A stretch of 38,810 nucleotides of DNA from sequence record NC_027387.1. One strand, given 5' to 3'. This document shows positions 7,592 to 18,684 of this stretch, piece after piece; the first letter of the stretch is position 1; each line of letters starts with the position of its first letter. This DNA comes from Escherichia phage CICC 80001. The position numbers were made by a program, and so were the translations under genes. The notes under the pieces are model-generated. The model was not told where the DNA came from. It did no database searches and saw only the letters and a program-made list of their open reading frames with translations.

Positions 7592-8680
7592 ATGCACAAA
7601 GTGAACGCTATCGACATCATGAACACTATCGACGCAATCAAAGCACTGCCAATCTGTGAACTTGATAAGCGTCAAGGTATGCTCATTGATTTGCTGGTTG
7701 AGATGGTCAACAGCGAAACGTGTGACGGTGAGATCACCAAGCTGGACAAGCCGCTTGAATTCCAAGACTGGTGGACTACCTTAAAGTGCTTGACTGCGGA
7801 CTCTGGATTTATGATGCTTGGTAATGGGCACTTCTCGGCTGCTTATAGCCACCCGCTGCTGCCTAACAGGGTGATTAAGGTGGGCTTTAAGAAAGAGGAC
7901 TCAGGCGCTGCGTATACCGCATTCTGCCGCATGTATCAGGGTCGCGCTGGTATCCCTAACGTCTACGATGTACAGCGTCACGCTGGATGCTATACGGTGG
8001 TATTGGATGCACTGAATGATTGCGAGCGTTTCGACAACGATGAGCATTATAAATACGCTGAGATTGCAAGCGACATCATTGACTACAAATCCAATGAGCA
8101 CGATATGTTAACTGGGTGGGATGGCGAGTTCGTCGAGACTTGTAAGCTAATCCGCAAGTTCTTTGAGGGCATCGCTTCGTTCGACATGCACAGCGGGAAC
8201 ATCATGTTCAGCGACGATGATACGCCGTTCATTACCGACCCTGTATCGTTCTCGCAGCAGAAAGACGGTGGCGCATTCAGTATTGACCCTGAGGAACTCA
8301 TCAAGGAAGTCGAGGAGGTCGCACACCAGAGAGCAATCGACCGCGCTAAGGAACGTAAAGCACGTCATGTGGGTCGAGTGGAGGCACGTAAAGTAAAGCG
8401 CCGTAACCGTAAGGCACGTAAAGCACACCAAGAGAAGCACAAGCGAATGGTTGCTACGTGGCGTATGGATGAGCGTCAAGAACGACGTAACCATGAGGTA
8501 GCTGTAGATGTGCTGGGAAGGACCAATAACGCTATGCTCTGGGTTAACATGTCCGCTGGGGACTTTAAGGCTCTTGAGGAACGAATTGCGGCGCACTGGT
8601 TTCAAGCTGACCGAATGGCTATCGCTAACGGTCTTCCGCTCAACATCGACAAGCAACTTGACGCAATGCTAATGGGCTGA
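7592..8680 (+). CDS. 0.7: gp0.7 serine/threonine protein kinase and host transcription shutoff protein
   Basis: 362-aa ORF, high similarity to T7 gp0.7; true start may be GTG at 7601, which aligns with the T7 N-terminus. Confidence 0.93.
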   Translation: MHKVNAIDIMNTIDAIKALPICELDKRQGMLIDLLVEMVNSETCDGEITKLDKPLEFQDWWTTLKCLTADSGFMMLGNGHFSAAYSHPLLPNRVIKVGFKKEDSGAAYTAFCRMYQGRAGIPNVYDVQRHAGCYTVVLDALNDCERFDNDEHYKYAEIASDIIDYKSNEHDMLTGWDGEFVETCKLIRKFFEGIASFDMHSGNIMFSDDDTPFITDPVSFSQQKDGGAFSIDPEELIKEVEEVAHQRAIDRAKERKARHVGRVEARKVKRRNRKARKAHQEKHKRMVATWRMDERQERRNHEVAVDVLGRTNNAMLWVNMSAGDFKALEERIAAHWFQADRMAIANGLPLNIDKQLDAMLMG

Positions 8681-8754
8681 TAGTCTTATCTTACAGGTCA
8701 TCTGACTGAGGGTGGCCTGAATAGATACGATTTACTAACTGGAAGAGGCACTAA

Positions 8755-11406
8755 ATGAACACGATTAACATCGCTAAGAACGACTTCTCTGACATCGAAC
8801 TGGCTGCTATCCCGTTCAACACTCTGGCTGACCATTACGGTGAGCGTTTGGCTCGCGAACAGTTGGCCCTTGAGCATGAGTCTTACGAGATGGGTGAAGC
8901 ACGTTTCCGCAAGATGTTTGAGCGTCAACTTAAAGCTGGTGAGGTTGCGGATAACGCTGCCGCTAAGCCCCTCATTACTACCCTTCTCCCTAAGATGATT
9001 GCACGCATCAACGACTGGTTTGAGGTAGTGAAAGCTAAGCGCGGCAAACGCCCGACAGCCTTCCAGTTCCTGCAAGAAATCAAGCCGGAAGCTGTAGCGT
9101 ACATCACCATTAAGACCACTCTTGCTTGCCTAACCAGTGCGGACAATACAACCGTTCAGGCTGTAGCAAGCGCAATCGGTCGGGCCATTGAGGATGAGTC
9201 GCGCTTCGGTCGCATCCGTGACCTTGAAGCTAAGCACTTCAAGAAAAACGTTGAGGAACAACTAAACAAGCGTGTAGGGCACGTCTATAGGAAAGCATTC
9301 ATGCAGGTTGTCGAAGCTGACATGCTCTCTAAGGGTCTAATGGGCGGCGAGGCGTGGTCTTCGTGGCATAAGGAAGACTCCATTCACGTAGGGGTTCGCT
9401 GCATTGAGATGCTCATTGAGTCCACCGGAATGGTTAGCTTGCACCGCCAAAATGCTGGCGTAGTAGGCCAAGACTCTGAGACTATCGAACTCGCACCGGA
9501 ATACGCTGAGGCTATCGCAACACGGGCTGGGGCACTGGCTGGCATTTCCCCAATGTTCCAGCCTTGCGTAGTCCCTCCTAAGCCTTGGACTGGCATTACT
9601 GGGGGTGGCTATTGGGCTAACGGTCGCCGTCCTCTGGCGCTGGTGCGCACTCACAGTAAGAAAGCACTGATGCGCTACGAAGATGTTTACATGCCTGAGG
9701 TGTACAAGGCGATTAACATTGCGCAAAACACCGCATGGAAAATCAACAAGAAAGTCCTAGCGGTCGCCAACGTAATCACCAAGTGGAAGCACTGCCCTGT
9801 AGAGGACATCCCAGCGATTGAACGTGAAGAACTCCCAATGAAACCGGAAGACATCGACACGAATCCTGAGGCACTCACCGCGTGGAAACGTGCTGCTGCC
9901 GCTGTGTACCGCAAGGACAAGGCTCGCAAGTCTCGCCGTATCAGCCTTGAGTTCATGCTTGAGCAAGCCAACAAGTTCGCTAACCATAAGTCCATCTGGT
10001 TCCCTTACAACATGGACTGGCGCGGTCGTGTTTACGCTGTGTCAATGTTCAACCCGCAAGGTAACGACATGACCAAGGGTCTGCTGACACTGGCTAAAGG
10101 AAAACCAATCGGTAAAGAAGGTTACTACTGGCTGAAAATCCACGGTGCAAACTGCGCTGGAGTCGATAAGGTTCCGTTCCCTGAGCGCATCAAGTTCATT
10201 GAGGACAACCACGAGAACATCATGGCTTGCGCTAAGTCTCCTCTGGAGAACACTTGGTGGGCTGAGCAAGATTCTCCGTTCTGCTTCCTCGCGTTCTGCT
10301 TTGAGTACGCTGGGGTACAGCACCACGGTCTGAGCTACAACTGCTCACTGCCACTGGCGTTCGATGGGTCTTGCTCCGGTATTCAGCACTTCTCAGCGAT
10401 GCTCCGCGATGAGGTGGGTGGTCTTGCTGTTAACCTGCTGCCTAGTGAAACCGTTCAGGACATCTACGGGATTGTCGCTAAGAAAGTCAACGTGATTCTG
10501 CAAGAGGATGTAATCAACGGGACCGACAACGAAGTAGTTACCGTGACCGATGAGAACACTGGTGAAATCTCTGAGAAAGTCAAGCTGGGTACTAAGGCAC
10601 TGGCTGGTCAATGGCTGGCTTACGGTGTAACTCGTAGCGTGACTAAGCGTTCAGTCATGACGCTGGCCTATGGTTCCAAAGAGTTCGGATTCCGTCAGCA
10701 AGTCCTTGAGGACACCATACAGCCCGCTATTGATTCCGGTAAAGGTCTGATGTTTACTCAACCAAATCAGGCTGCTGGTTACATGGCTAAACTGATTTGG
10801 GAAGCTGTTAGCGTCACAGTGGTGGCTGCGGTTGAAGCAATGAACTGGCTCAAGTCTGCTGCTAAGCTGCTGGCTGCTGAGGTCAAAGATAAGAAGACTG
10901 GAGAGATTCTTCGCAAGCGTTGCGCTGTACACTGGGTAACTCCTGATGGCTTCCCTGTATGGCAGGAATACAAGAAGCCCATCCAGACTCGCTTGAACCT
11001 GATTTTCCTCGGTCAGTTCCGTCTACAGCCTACCATTAACACAAACAAGGATAGCGAGATTGACGCGCACAAGCAGGAGTCCGGCATAGCTCCTAACTTT
11101 GTGCATAGCCAAGATGGTAGCCACCTGCGTAAGACTGTAGTGTGGGCACACGAGAAGTACGGAATCGAATCGTTTGCATTGATTCACGACTCCTTCGGGA
11201 CAATTCCTGCTGACGCTGCCAACCTGTTCAAAGCTGTGCGCGAAACTATGGTTGACACCTATGAGTCTTGTGATGTACTGGCTGACTTCTACGACCAGTT
11301 CGCTGACCAGTTGCATGAGTCTCAATTGGACAAAATGCCAGCACTTCCGGCTAAAGGTAACTTGAATCTCCAAGACATCCTTAAGTCAGACTTCGCGTTC
11401 GCGTAA
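8755..11406 (+). CDS. 1: T7-type single-subunit DNA-dependent RNA polymerase
   Basis: 883 aa MNTINIAKNDFSDIELAAIPFNTLADHYGERLAREQLALEHESYEMGEARFRKMFERQLKAGEVADNAAAKPLITTLLPKMIARINDWFE... ending ...FAFA; essentially T7 RNAP. Confidence 0.99.
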   Translation: MNTINIAKNDFSDIELAAIPFNTLADHYGERLAREQLALEHESYEMGEARFRKMFERQLKAGEVADNAAAKPLITTLLPKMIARINDWFEVVKAKRGKRPTAFQFLQEIKPEAVAYITIKTTLACLTSADNTTVQAVASAIGRAIEDESRFGRIRDLEAKHFKKNVEEQLNKRVGHVYRKAFMQVVEADMLSKGLMGGEAWSSWHKEDSIHVGVRCIEMLIESTGMVSLHRQNAGVVGQDSETIELAPEYAEAIATRAGALAGISPMFQPCVVPPKPWTGITGGGYWANGRRPLALVRTHSKKALMRYEDVYMPEVYKAINIAQNTAWKINKKVLAVANVITKWKHCPVEDIPAIEREELPMKPEDIDTNPEALTAWKRAAAAVYRKDKARKSRRISLEFMLEQANKFANHKSIWFPYNMDWRGRVYAVSMFNPQGNDMTKGLLTLAKGKPIGKEGYYWLKIHGANCAGVDKVPFPERIKFIEDNHENIMACAKSPLENTWWAEQDSPFCFLAFCFEYAGVQHHGLSYNCSLPLAFDGSCSGIQHFSAMLRDEVGGLAVNLLPSETVQDIYGIVAKKVNVILQEDVINGTDNEVVTVTDENTGEISEKVKLGTKALAGQWLAYGVTRSVTKRSVMTLAYGSKEFGFRQQVLEDTIQPAIDSGKGLMFTQPNQAAGYMAKLIWEAVSVTVVAAVEAMNWLKSAAKLLAAEVKDKKTGEILRKRCAVHWVTPDGFPVWQEYKKPIQTRLNLIFLGQFRLQPTINTNKDSEIDAHKQESGIAPNFVHSQDGSHLRKTVVWAHEKYGIESFALIHDSFGTIPADAANLFKAVRETMVDTYESCDVLADFYDQFADQLHESQLDKMPALPAKGNLNLQDILKSDFAFA

Positions 11407-11414
11407 CGTCAAAT

Positions 11415-11437
11415 TAATACGACTCACTATAGAGGGA
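11415..11437 (+). promoter_or_regulatory. T7-type promoter phi1.1A
   Basis: TAATACGACTCACTATAGAGGGA. Confidence 0.85.
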
Positions 11438-11480
11438 CAAACTCAAGGTCATTCGCAAGAGTGGCCTTTATGATTGACCT
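11438..11480 (+). promoter_or_regulatory. RNase III processing site (R1.1-equivalent)
   Basis: CAAACTCAAGGTCATTCGCAAGAGTGGCCTTTATGATTGACC hairpin. Confidence 0.55.
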
Positions 11481-11502
11481 TCTTCCGGTTAATACGACTC
11501 AC
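11480..11502 (+). promoter_or_regulatory. T7-type promoter phi1.1B
   Basis: TAATACGACTCACTATAGGAGAA. Confidence 0.85.
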
Positions 11503-11590
11503 TATAGGAGAACCTTAAGGTTTAACTTTAAGACCCTTAAGTGTTAATTAGAGATTTAAATTAAAGAATTACTAAGAGAGGACTTTAAGT
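11503..11590 (+). promoter_or_regulatory. AT-rich region downstream of phi1.1A/B, corresponding to the T7 primary origin of replication
   Basis: AT-rich TTAATTAGAGATTTAAATTAAAGAATTACTAAG following the paired promoters, as at the T7 origin. Confidence 0.45.
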
Positions 11591-11719
11591 ATGCGTAACT
11601 TCGAAAAGATGACCAAACGTTCTAACCGTAACGCTCATGGCTTCGAGGAAACCAAAGGTCGCAAGTTTAATAAACCATTACGCACCCGTGCTCATAAACG
11701 CTTCTGGGAGGGTCAGTAA
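11591..11719 (+). CDS. 1.1: gp1.1 small basic protein
   Basis: 42 aa MRNFEKMTKRSNRNAHGFEETKGRKFNKPLRTRAHKRFWEGQ, matches T7 gp1.1. Confidence 0.8.
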   Translation: MRNFEKMTKRSNRNAHGFEETKGRKFNKPLRTRAHKRFWEGQ

Positions 11720-11720
11720 G

Positions 11721-11972
11721 ATGGGCCGTTTATATAGTGGGAACCTGAATGTCTTCAAGGCTGCTTGCAACAGGCTCTACCAGTTGGACCTTGCTGTTAT
11801 AGTTGTTGAGAAGGAAGGTTCACCAAACATAAAGGCGACCATGTACCTTCGGATTGAAGACCGTACTGGTCGCATAGTTGTTCAGGAGGAGATTCACCAC
11901 TGCGACGAAGACGTTCTGTACAATATGGGAACCGCCTGGCTGAACCGTATGTACGACCAGTTGAAGCACTAG
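11721..11972 (+). CDS. 1.2: gp1.2 host dGTPase inhibitor
   Basis: 83 aa MGRLYSGNL...DEDVLYNMGTAWLNRMYDQLKH, matches T7 gp1.2; listed ORF 11637..11972 trimmed to the conserved Met. Confidence 0.85.
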   Translation: MGRLYSGNLNVFKAACNRLYQLDLAVIVVEKEGSPNIKATMYLRIEDRTGRIVVQEEIHHCDEDVLYNMGTAWLNRMYDQLKH

Positions 11973-11975
11973 AAG

Positions 11976-11998
11976 TAATACGACTCAGTATAGGGACA
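11976..11998 (+). promoter_or_regulatory. T7-type promoter phi1.3
   Basis: TAATACGACTCAGTATAGGGACA followed by an RNase III-type hairpin. Confidence 0.8.
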
Positions 11999-12056
11999 AT
12001 GCTTAAGGTCGCTCATTGAGTGGCCTTAGTCATTTAACCGATAGGAGATAAACATT

Positions 12057-13078
12057 ATGATGAACATTAAGACCAACCCATTTAAAGCCGTGTCTTTCGT
12101 AGAGTCTGCCATTAAGAAGGCTCTGGATAACGCTGGGTATCTTATCGCCGACATCAAGTATGATGGTGTACGTGGGAACATCTGCGTAGACAATACCGCT
12201 AACAGTTGCTGGCTCTCTCGTGTATCTAAAACGATTCCGGCACTGGAGCACCTAAACGGATTCGATGCACGCTGGAAGCGCCTTCTGAATGATGACCGTT
12301 GCTTCTACAAAGATGGCTTTATGCTTGATGTAGAACTCATGGTCAAGGGAGTAGACTTCAACACTGGGTCTGGCCTACTGCGCACCAAATGGACTGACAC
12401 GAAGAACCAAGAGTTCCACGAAGAGTTATTCGTTGAACCAGTCCGTAAGAAAGACAAGGTTCCCTTTAAGCTGCACACTGGACACCTTCACGTCAAACTG
12501 TACGCTATCATCCCTCTGCACATCGTGGAGTCTGGAGAAGACTGCGATGTCATGACGTTACTCATGCAGGAACACGTTAAGAACATGCTGCCTCTGCTAC
12601 AGGAATACTTCCCTGAAATCGAATGGCAAGCGGCTGAGTCTTACGAGTCTACGACATGGTTGAACTACAGCAACTGTACGAGAAGAAGCGTGAAGAAGGA
12701 CATGAGGGTCTCATTGTGAAAGACCCGATGTGTATCTATAAGCGCGGTAAGAAGTCCGGCTGGTGGAAACTTAAGCCAGAGAACGAAGCAGACGGCATCA
12801 TTCAGGGTCTTGTATGGGGAACCGAAGGTTTAGCGAATGAGGACAAAGTAATCGGATTTGAGGTGCTTCTTGAGAGTGGTCGTGTAGTTAACGCCACAAA
12901 CATCTCTCGCACCTTAATGGATGAATTTACAAACACAGTTAACATTGAAGGTGAAACATACTACAACGGGCACGCTTGCCAGATTGCGTACATGGAGGAA
13001 ACACCTGACGGCTCTCTGCGTCACCCATCGCTCGTAATGTTCCGTGGCACCGAGGATAACCCTCAAGAGAAAATGTAA
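12057..13078 (+). pseudogene. 1.3: ATP-dependent DNA ligase gene 1.3, split by a -1 frameshift near 12647/12648
   Basis: ORF 12057..12719 encodes the ligase N-terminal part (adenylation motif KYDGVRG); ORF 12656..13078 in the +1 frame encodes the C-terminal part (MVELQQLYE...HEGLIVKDP...RHPSLVMFRGTEDNPQEKM); one G missing relative to T7 ...TACGAGGTCTACGA... Confidence 0.75.
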
Positions 13079-13084
13079 CCATAC

Positions 13085-13113
13085 TGGCTCACCTTCGGGT
13101 GGGCCTTTCTGCG
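13085..13113 (+). terminator. Early (host RNA polymerase) terminator TE
   Basis: GGCTCACC-TTCG-GGTGGGCC stem-loop followed by TTTCTGCGTTT; same position as T7 TE after the ligase gene. Confidence 0.8.
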
Positions 13114-13115
13114 TT

Positions 13116-13138
13116 TAATACGACTCACTAAAGGAGGT
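13116..13138 (+). promoter_or_regulatory. T7-type promoter phi1.5
   Basis: TAATACGACTCACTAAAGGAGGT. Confidence 0.85.
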
Positions 13139-13145
13139 ACACATC

Positions 13146-13235
13146 ATGATGTACGTAATGCCATTGCTAATCATCATCATAGGATGCCTTGCGCTCACCT
13201 GTAGCGATGACGATATGCCAGATGGTCACGCTTAA
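13146..13235 (+). CDS. 1.5: gp1.5 small protein
   Basis: 29 aa MMYVMPLLIIIIGCLALTCSDDDMPDGHA, matches T7 gp1.5. Confidence 0.7.
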   Translation: MMYVMPLLIIIIGCLALTCSDDDMPDGHA

Positions 13236-13255
13236 TACGACTCACTAAAGGAGAC
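13233..13255 (+). promoter_or_regulatory. T7-type promoter phi1.6
   Basis: TAATACGACTCACTAAAGGAGAC. Confidence 0.85.
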
Positions 13256-13260
13256 ACTAT

Positions 13261-13520
13261 ATGTTCAGACTTCACTTCAACAAAAGTCTTAAGAATTTCA
13301 CGGTTCGCCGTGCTGACCGTTCAATCGTATGTGCGAGCGAGCGCAGAGCTAAGTTACCTCTTATTGGTGACACAGTTCCTTTGGCACCGAGCGTCCACAT
13401 CATTATCACTCGTGGTGACTTCGAGAAAGCAATAGACAAGAAACGTCCGGTTCTTAGTGTGGCAGTGACCCGCTTCCCGTTCGTCAGTCTGTTACTCAAA
13501 CGAATCAAGGAGGTGTTCTG

Positions 13521-13521
<1 letters not shown>
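13261..13521 (+). CDS. 1.6: gp1.6 homologue
   Basis: 86 aa [31 protein letters not shown]..., matches T7 gp1.6. Confidence 0.9.
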
Positions 13522-14143
<622 letters not shown>

Positions 14144-14146
<3 letters not shown>

Positions 14147-14166
14147 TACGACTCACTATTAGGGAG
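14144..14166 (+). promoter_or_regulatory. T7-type promoter phi2.5
   Basis: TAATACGACTCACTATTAGGGAG. Confidence 0.8.
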
Positions 14167-14215
14167 GGAAGACTCCCTCTGAGAAACTAAACGAAACCTA
14201 AAGGAGATTAACATT

Positions 14216-14914
14216 ATGGCTAAGAAGATTTTCACCTCTGCGCTGGGTACTGCTGAACCTTACGCTTACATCGGTAAGCCGGACTACGGTAACGAAGAGC
14301 GTGGCTTTGGGAACCCTCGTGGTGTATACAAAGTTGACCTGACTATTCCCAACAAAGACCCGCGCTGCCAACGTATGGTCGATGAAATCGTGAAGTGTCA
14401 CGAAGAGGCTTATGCTGCTGCCGTTGAGGAATATGAAGCGAACCCGCCTGCTGTAGCTCGTGGTAAGAAACCGCTGAAACCGTATGAAGGCGACATGCCG
14501 TTCTTCGATAACGGTGACGGCACGACTACCTTTAAGTTCAAATGCTACGCGTCTTTCCAAGACAAGAAGACCAAAGAGACCAAGCACATCAATCTGGTTG
14601 TGGTTGACTCCAAAGGTAAGAAGATTGAAGACGTTCCGATTATCGGTGGTGGCTCTAAACTGAAAGTCAAATACTCGCTGGTCCCGTACAAGTGGAACAC
14701 TGCTGTAGGCGCGAGCGTTAAGCTGCAACTGGAATCCGTAATGCTGGTCGAACTGGCTACCTTTGGTGGCGGTGAAGACGATTGGGCTGACGAAGTTGAA
14801 GAGAACGGCTATGTTGCCTCTGGTTCTGCCAAAGCGAGCAAACCACGCGACGAAGAAAGCTGGGACGAAGACGACGAAGAGTCCTACGAAGAAGACGAAG
14901 ACGGAGACTTCTAA
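14216..14914 (+). CDS. 2.5: gp2.5 single-stranded DNA-binding protein
   Basis: 232 aa with acidic C-terminal tail ending DEDGDF; near-identical to T7 gp2.5. Confidence 0.97.
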   Translation: MAKKIFTSALGTAEPYAYIGKPDYGNEERGFGNPRGVYKVDLTIPNKDPRCQRMVDEIVKCHEEAYAAAVEEYEANPPAVARGKKPLKPYEGDMPFFDNGDGTTTFKFKCYASFQDKKTKETKHINLVVVDSKGKKIEDVPIIGGGSKLKVKYSLVPYKWNTAVGASVKLQLESVMLVELATFGGGEDDWADEVEENGYVASGSAKASKPRDEESWDEDDEESYEEDEDGDF

Positions 14915-15370
14915 GTGGCTGGCGCATACGCTGCGCGTGGTATCCGAAAGGTCGGGACATTCCGTTCCGGCCTAGAAGATAAGGTCTCTAAGCAGCTAGA
15001 GGGTAAGGGTATTAAGTTCGACTATGAACTGTGGAAAATCCCTTACGTTGTCCCTGCGAGCAACCATGTGTATACTCCAGACTTCCTGCTGCCTAACGGA
15101 ATCTTCATTGAAACCAAAGGTTTATGGGAGAGTGACGACCGAAAGAAACACTTATTGATTCGCGAACAGTTTCCCGAACTGGACATCCGTCTGGTGTTCT
15201 CAAGCTCGCGCACCAAGCTGTACAAAGGGTCTCCGACCAGTTACGGTGAGTGGTGTGAGAAGCACGGTATCCTGTTTGCTGACAAATTAATTCCTGTGGA
15301 ATGGCTCAAAGAACCCAAAAAGGAGGTGCCATTTGACAAGCTGAAACAATCGAAGGGAGGTAAGAAATAA
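14915..15370 (+). CDS. 3: gp3 endonuclease I (Holliday junction resolvase)
   Basis: 151 aa, GTG start directly after the gp2.5 stop; GIRKVG...YTPDFLLPNGIFIETKGLWESDDRKKHLL matches T7 gp3. Confidence 0.93.
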   Translation: MAGAYAARGIRKVGTFRSGLEDKVSKQLEGKGIKFDYELWKIPYVVPASNHVYTPDFLLPNGIFIETKGLWESDDRKKHLLIREQFPELDIRLVFSSSRTKLYKGSPTSYGEWCEKHGILFADKLIPVEWLKEPKKEVPFDKLKQSKGGKK

Positions 15371-15825
15371 TGTCTCGTGTACAGTTCAAACAACGTGAAT
15401 CCACTGACGCAATCTTTGTTCACTGCTCGGCTACCAAGTCAAGTCAGAATGTGGGTGTCCGTGAGATTCGCCAGTGGCACAAAGAGCAGGGTTGGCTTGA
15501 CGTGGGATACCACTACATTATCAAGCGCGATGGTACTGTGGAGGAAGGCCGAGACGAGATGGCTGTTGGTTCTCACGCCAAGGGTCACAACCATAACTCA
15601 ATCGGTGTCTGCCTCGTTGGTGGCATTGACGATAAAGGTAAGTTCGAAGCTAACTTTACGCCAGCCCAAATGCAATCCCTTCGCTCACTGCTTGTCACAC
15701 TACTGGCTAAGTACGAAGGTTCTGTTCTTCGCGCACATCATGATGTGGCACCAAAGGCTTGCCCATCGTTCGACCTTAAGCGTTGGTGGGAGAAGAACGA
15801 ACTGGTCACTTCTGACCGTGGATAA
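15370..15825 (+). CDS. 3.5: gp3.5 lysozyme (N-acetylmuramoyl-L-alanine amidase) and RNA polymerase inhibitor
   Basis: 151 aa MSRVQFKQRESTDAIFVHCSATK..., near-identical to T7 lysozyme. Confidence 0.97.
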   Translation: MSRVQFKQRESTDAIFVHCSATKSSQNVGVREIRQWHKEQGWLDVGYHYIIKRDGTVEEGRDEMAVGSHAKGHNHNSIGVCLVGGIDDKGKFEANFTPAQMQSLRSLLVTLLAKYEGSVLRAHHDVAPKACPSFDLKRWWEKNELVTSDRG

Positions 15826-15826
15826 T

Positions 15827-15849
15827 TAATTGAACTCACTAAAGGGAGA
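15827..15849 (+). promoter_or_regulatory. T7-type promoter (phi3.8-equivalent), here directly upstream of gene 4
   Basis: TAATTGAACTCACTAAAGGGAGA followed by GACCACAACGGTTTCCC hairpin. Confidence 0.85.
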
Positions 15850-15881
15850 CCACAACGGTTTCCCTTTGTTCGCATTGTTGA

Positions 15882-17655
<1,774 letters not shown>

Positions 17656-17658
<3 letters not shown>

Positions 17659-17678
17659 TACGACTCACTAAAGGAGAC
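17656..17678 (+). promoter_or_regulatory. T7-type promoter phi4.3
   Basis: TAATACGACTCACTAAAGGAGAC. Confidence 0.85.
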
Positions 17679-17683
17679 ACATC

Positions 17684-17896
17684 ATGTTCAAACTGATTAA
17701 GAAGTTAGGCCAACTTCTGGTTCGTATGTACAACGTGGAAGCCAAGCGTCTGAACGATGAGGCTCGTAAAGAGGCCACACAGTCACGCGCTCTGGCGATT
17801 CGCTCCAACGAACTGGCTGACAGTGCATCCACTAAAGTTACAGAAGCTGCCCGTGTAGCCAACCAAGCTCAACAGCTTTCCAAATTCTTTGAGTAA
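17684..17896 (+). CDS. 4.3: gp4.3 homologue
   Basis: 70 aa MFKLIKKLGQLLVRMYNVEAKRLNDEARKE..., matches T7 gp4.3. Confidence 0.9.
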   Translation: MFKLIKKLGQLLVRMYNVEAKRLNDEARKEATQSRALAIRSNELADSASTKVTEAARVANQAQQLSKFFE

Positions 17897-17915
17897 TCAA
17901 ACAGGAGAAACCATC

Positions 17916-18185
17916 ATGTCTAACGTAGCTGAAACTATCCGTCTATCCGATACCGCTGACCAGTGGAACCGTCGAGTCCACATCAACGTTCGCAACGGTA
18001 AGGCGACTATGGTTTACCGCTGGAAGGACTCTAAGTCCTCTAAGAATCACACTCAGCGTATGACGTTGACTGACGAGCAAGTACTGCGTCTGGTCAATGC
18101 GCTTACCAAAGCTGCCGTGACCGCAATTCATGAGGCTGGTCGCGTTGATGAAGCTATGGCTATCCTCGACAAGATTGATAGCTAA
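17916..18185 (+). CDS. 4.5: gp4.5 homologue
   Basis: 89 aa MSNVAETIRLSDTADQWNRRVHINVRNGKATMVYRWK..., matches T7 gp4.5; listed ORF 17889..18185 trimmed to the Met after AGGAGA. Confidence 0.85.
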   Translation: MSNVAETIRLSDTADQWNRRVHINVRNGKATMVYRWKDSKSSKNHTQRMTLTDEQVLRLVNALTKAAVTAIHEAGRVDEAMAILDKIDS

Positions 18186-18187
18186 GA

Positions 18188-18225
18188 GTGGTATACTCAA
18201 GGTCGCCCAAGTGGTGGCCTTCATG
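18188..18225 (+). promoter_or_regulatory. RNase III processing site (R4.7-equivalent)
   Basis: GTGGTATACTCAAGGTCGCCCAAGTGGTGGCCTTCATG hairpin. Confidence 0.5.
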
Positions 18226-18229
18226 AATA

Positions 18230-18252
18230 CTATTAGACTCACTATAGGAGAT
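18230..18252 (+). promoter_or_regulatory. T7-type promoter phi4.7
   Basis: CTATTAGACTCACTATAGGAGAT. Confidence 0.75.
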
Positions 18253-18258
18253 ATTACC

Positions 18259-18666
18259 ATGCGTGACCCTAAAGTTATCCAAGCAGAAATCGCTAAACTG
18301 GAAGCTGAACTCGAAGACGTTAAGTACCATGAAGCCAAGACTCGCTCCGCTGTTCACATTTTGAAGAACTTAGGGTGGACTTGGACACGACAGACTGGCT
18401 GGGAGAAACCAGAAGTTTCCAATCTGAGCCACAAGGTGTTCGATAAGGACACTATGACCCACATCAAGGCTGGTGATTGGGTGAAGGTGGATATGGGAGT
18501 TGTTGGTGGATATGGATATGTCCGCTCTGTAAACAATAAATATGCACAGGTGTCTTATATCACTGGCATTACACCACGATATGCTATTGTCGCTGATAAG
18601 ACCAACATGGTTCACACAGGCTTCTTGACAGTTGTCTCGTATGAAGAGATTATTAAGTCGCGATAA
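18259..18666 (+). CDS. 4.7: gp4.7 homologue
   Basis: 135 aa MRDPKVIQAEIAKLEAELEDVKYHEAKTRSAVHILKNLGW..., matches T7 gp4.7. Confidence 0.9.
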   Translation: MRDPKVIQAEIAKLEAELEDVKYHEAKTRSAVHILKNLGWTWTRQTGWEKPEVSNLSHKVFDKDTMTHIKAGDWVKVDMGVVGGYGYVRSVNNKYAQVSYITGITPRYAIVADKTNMVHTGFLTVVSYEEIIKSR

Positions 18667-18684
18667 TCAATAGGAGAAATCAAT

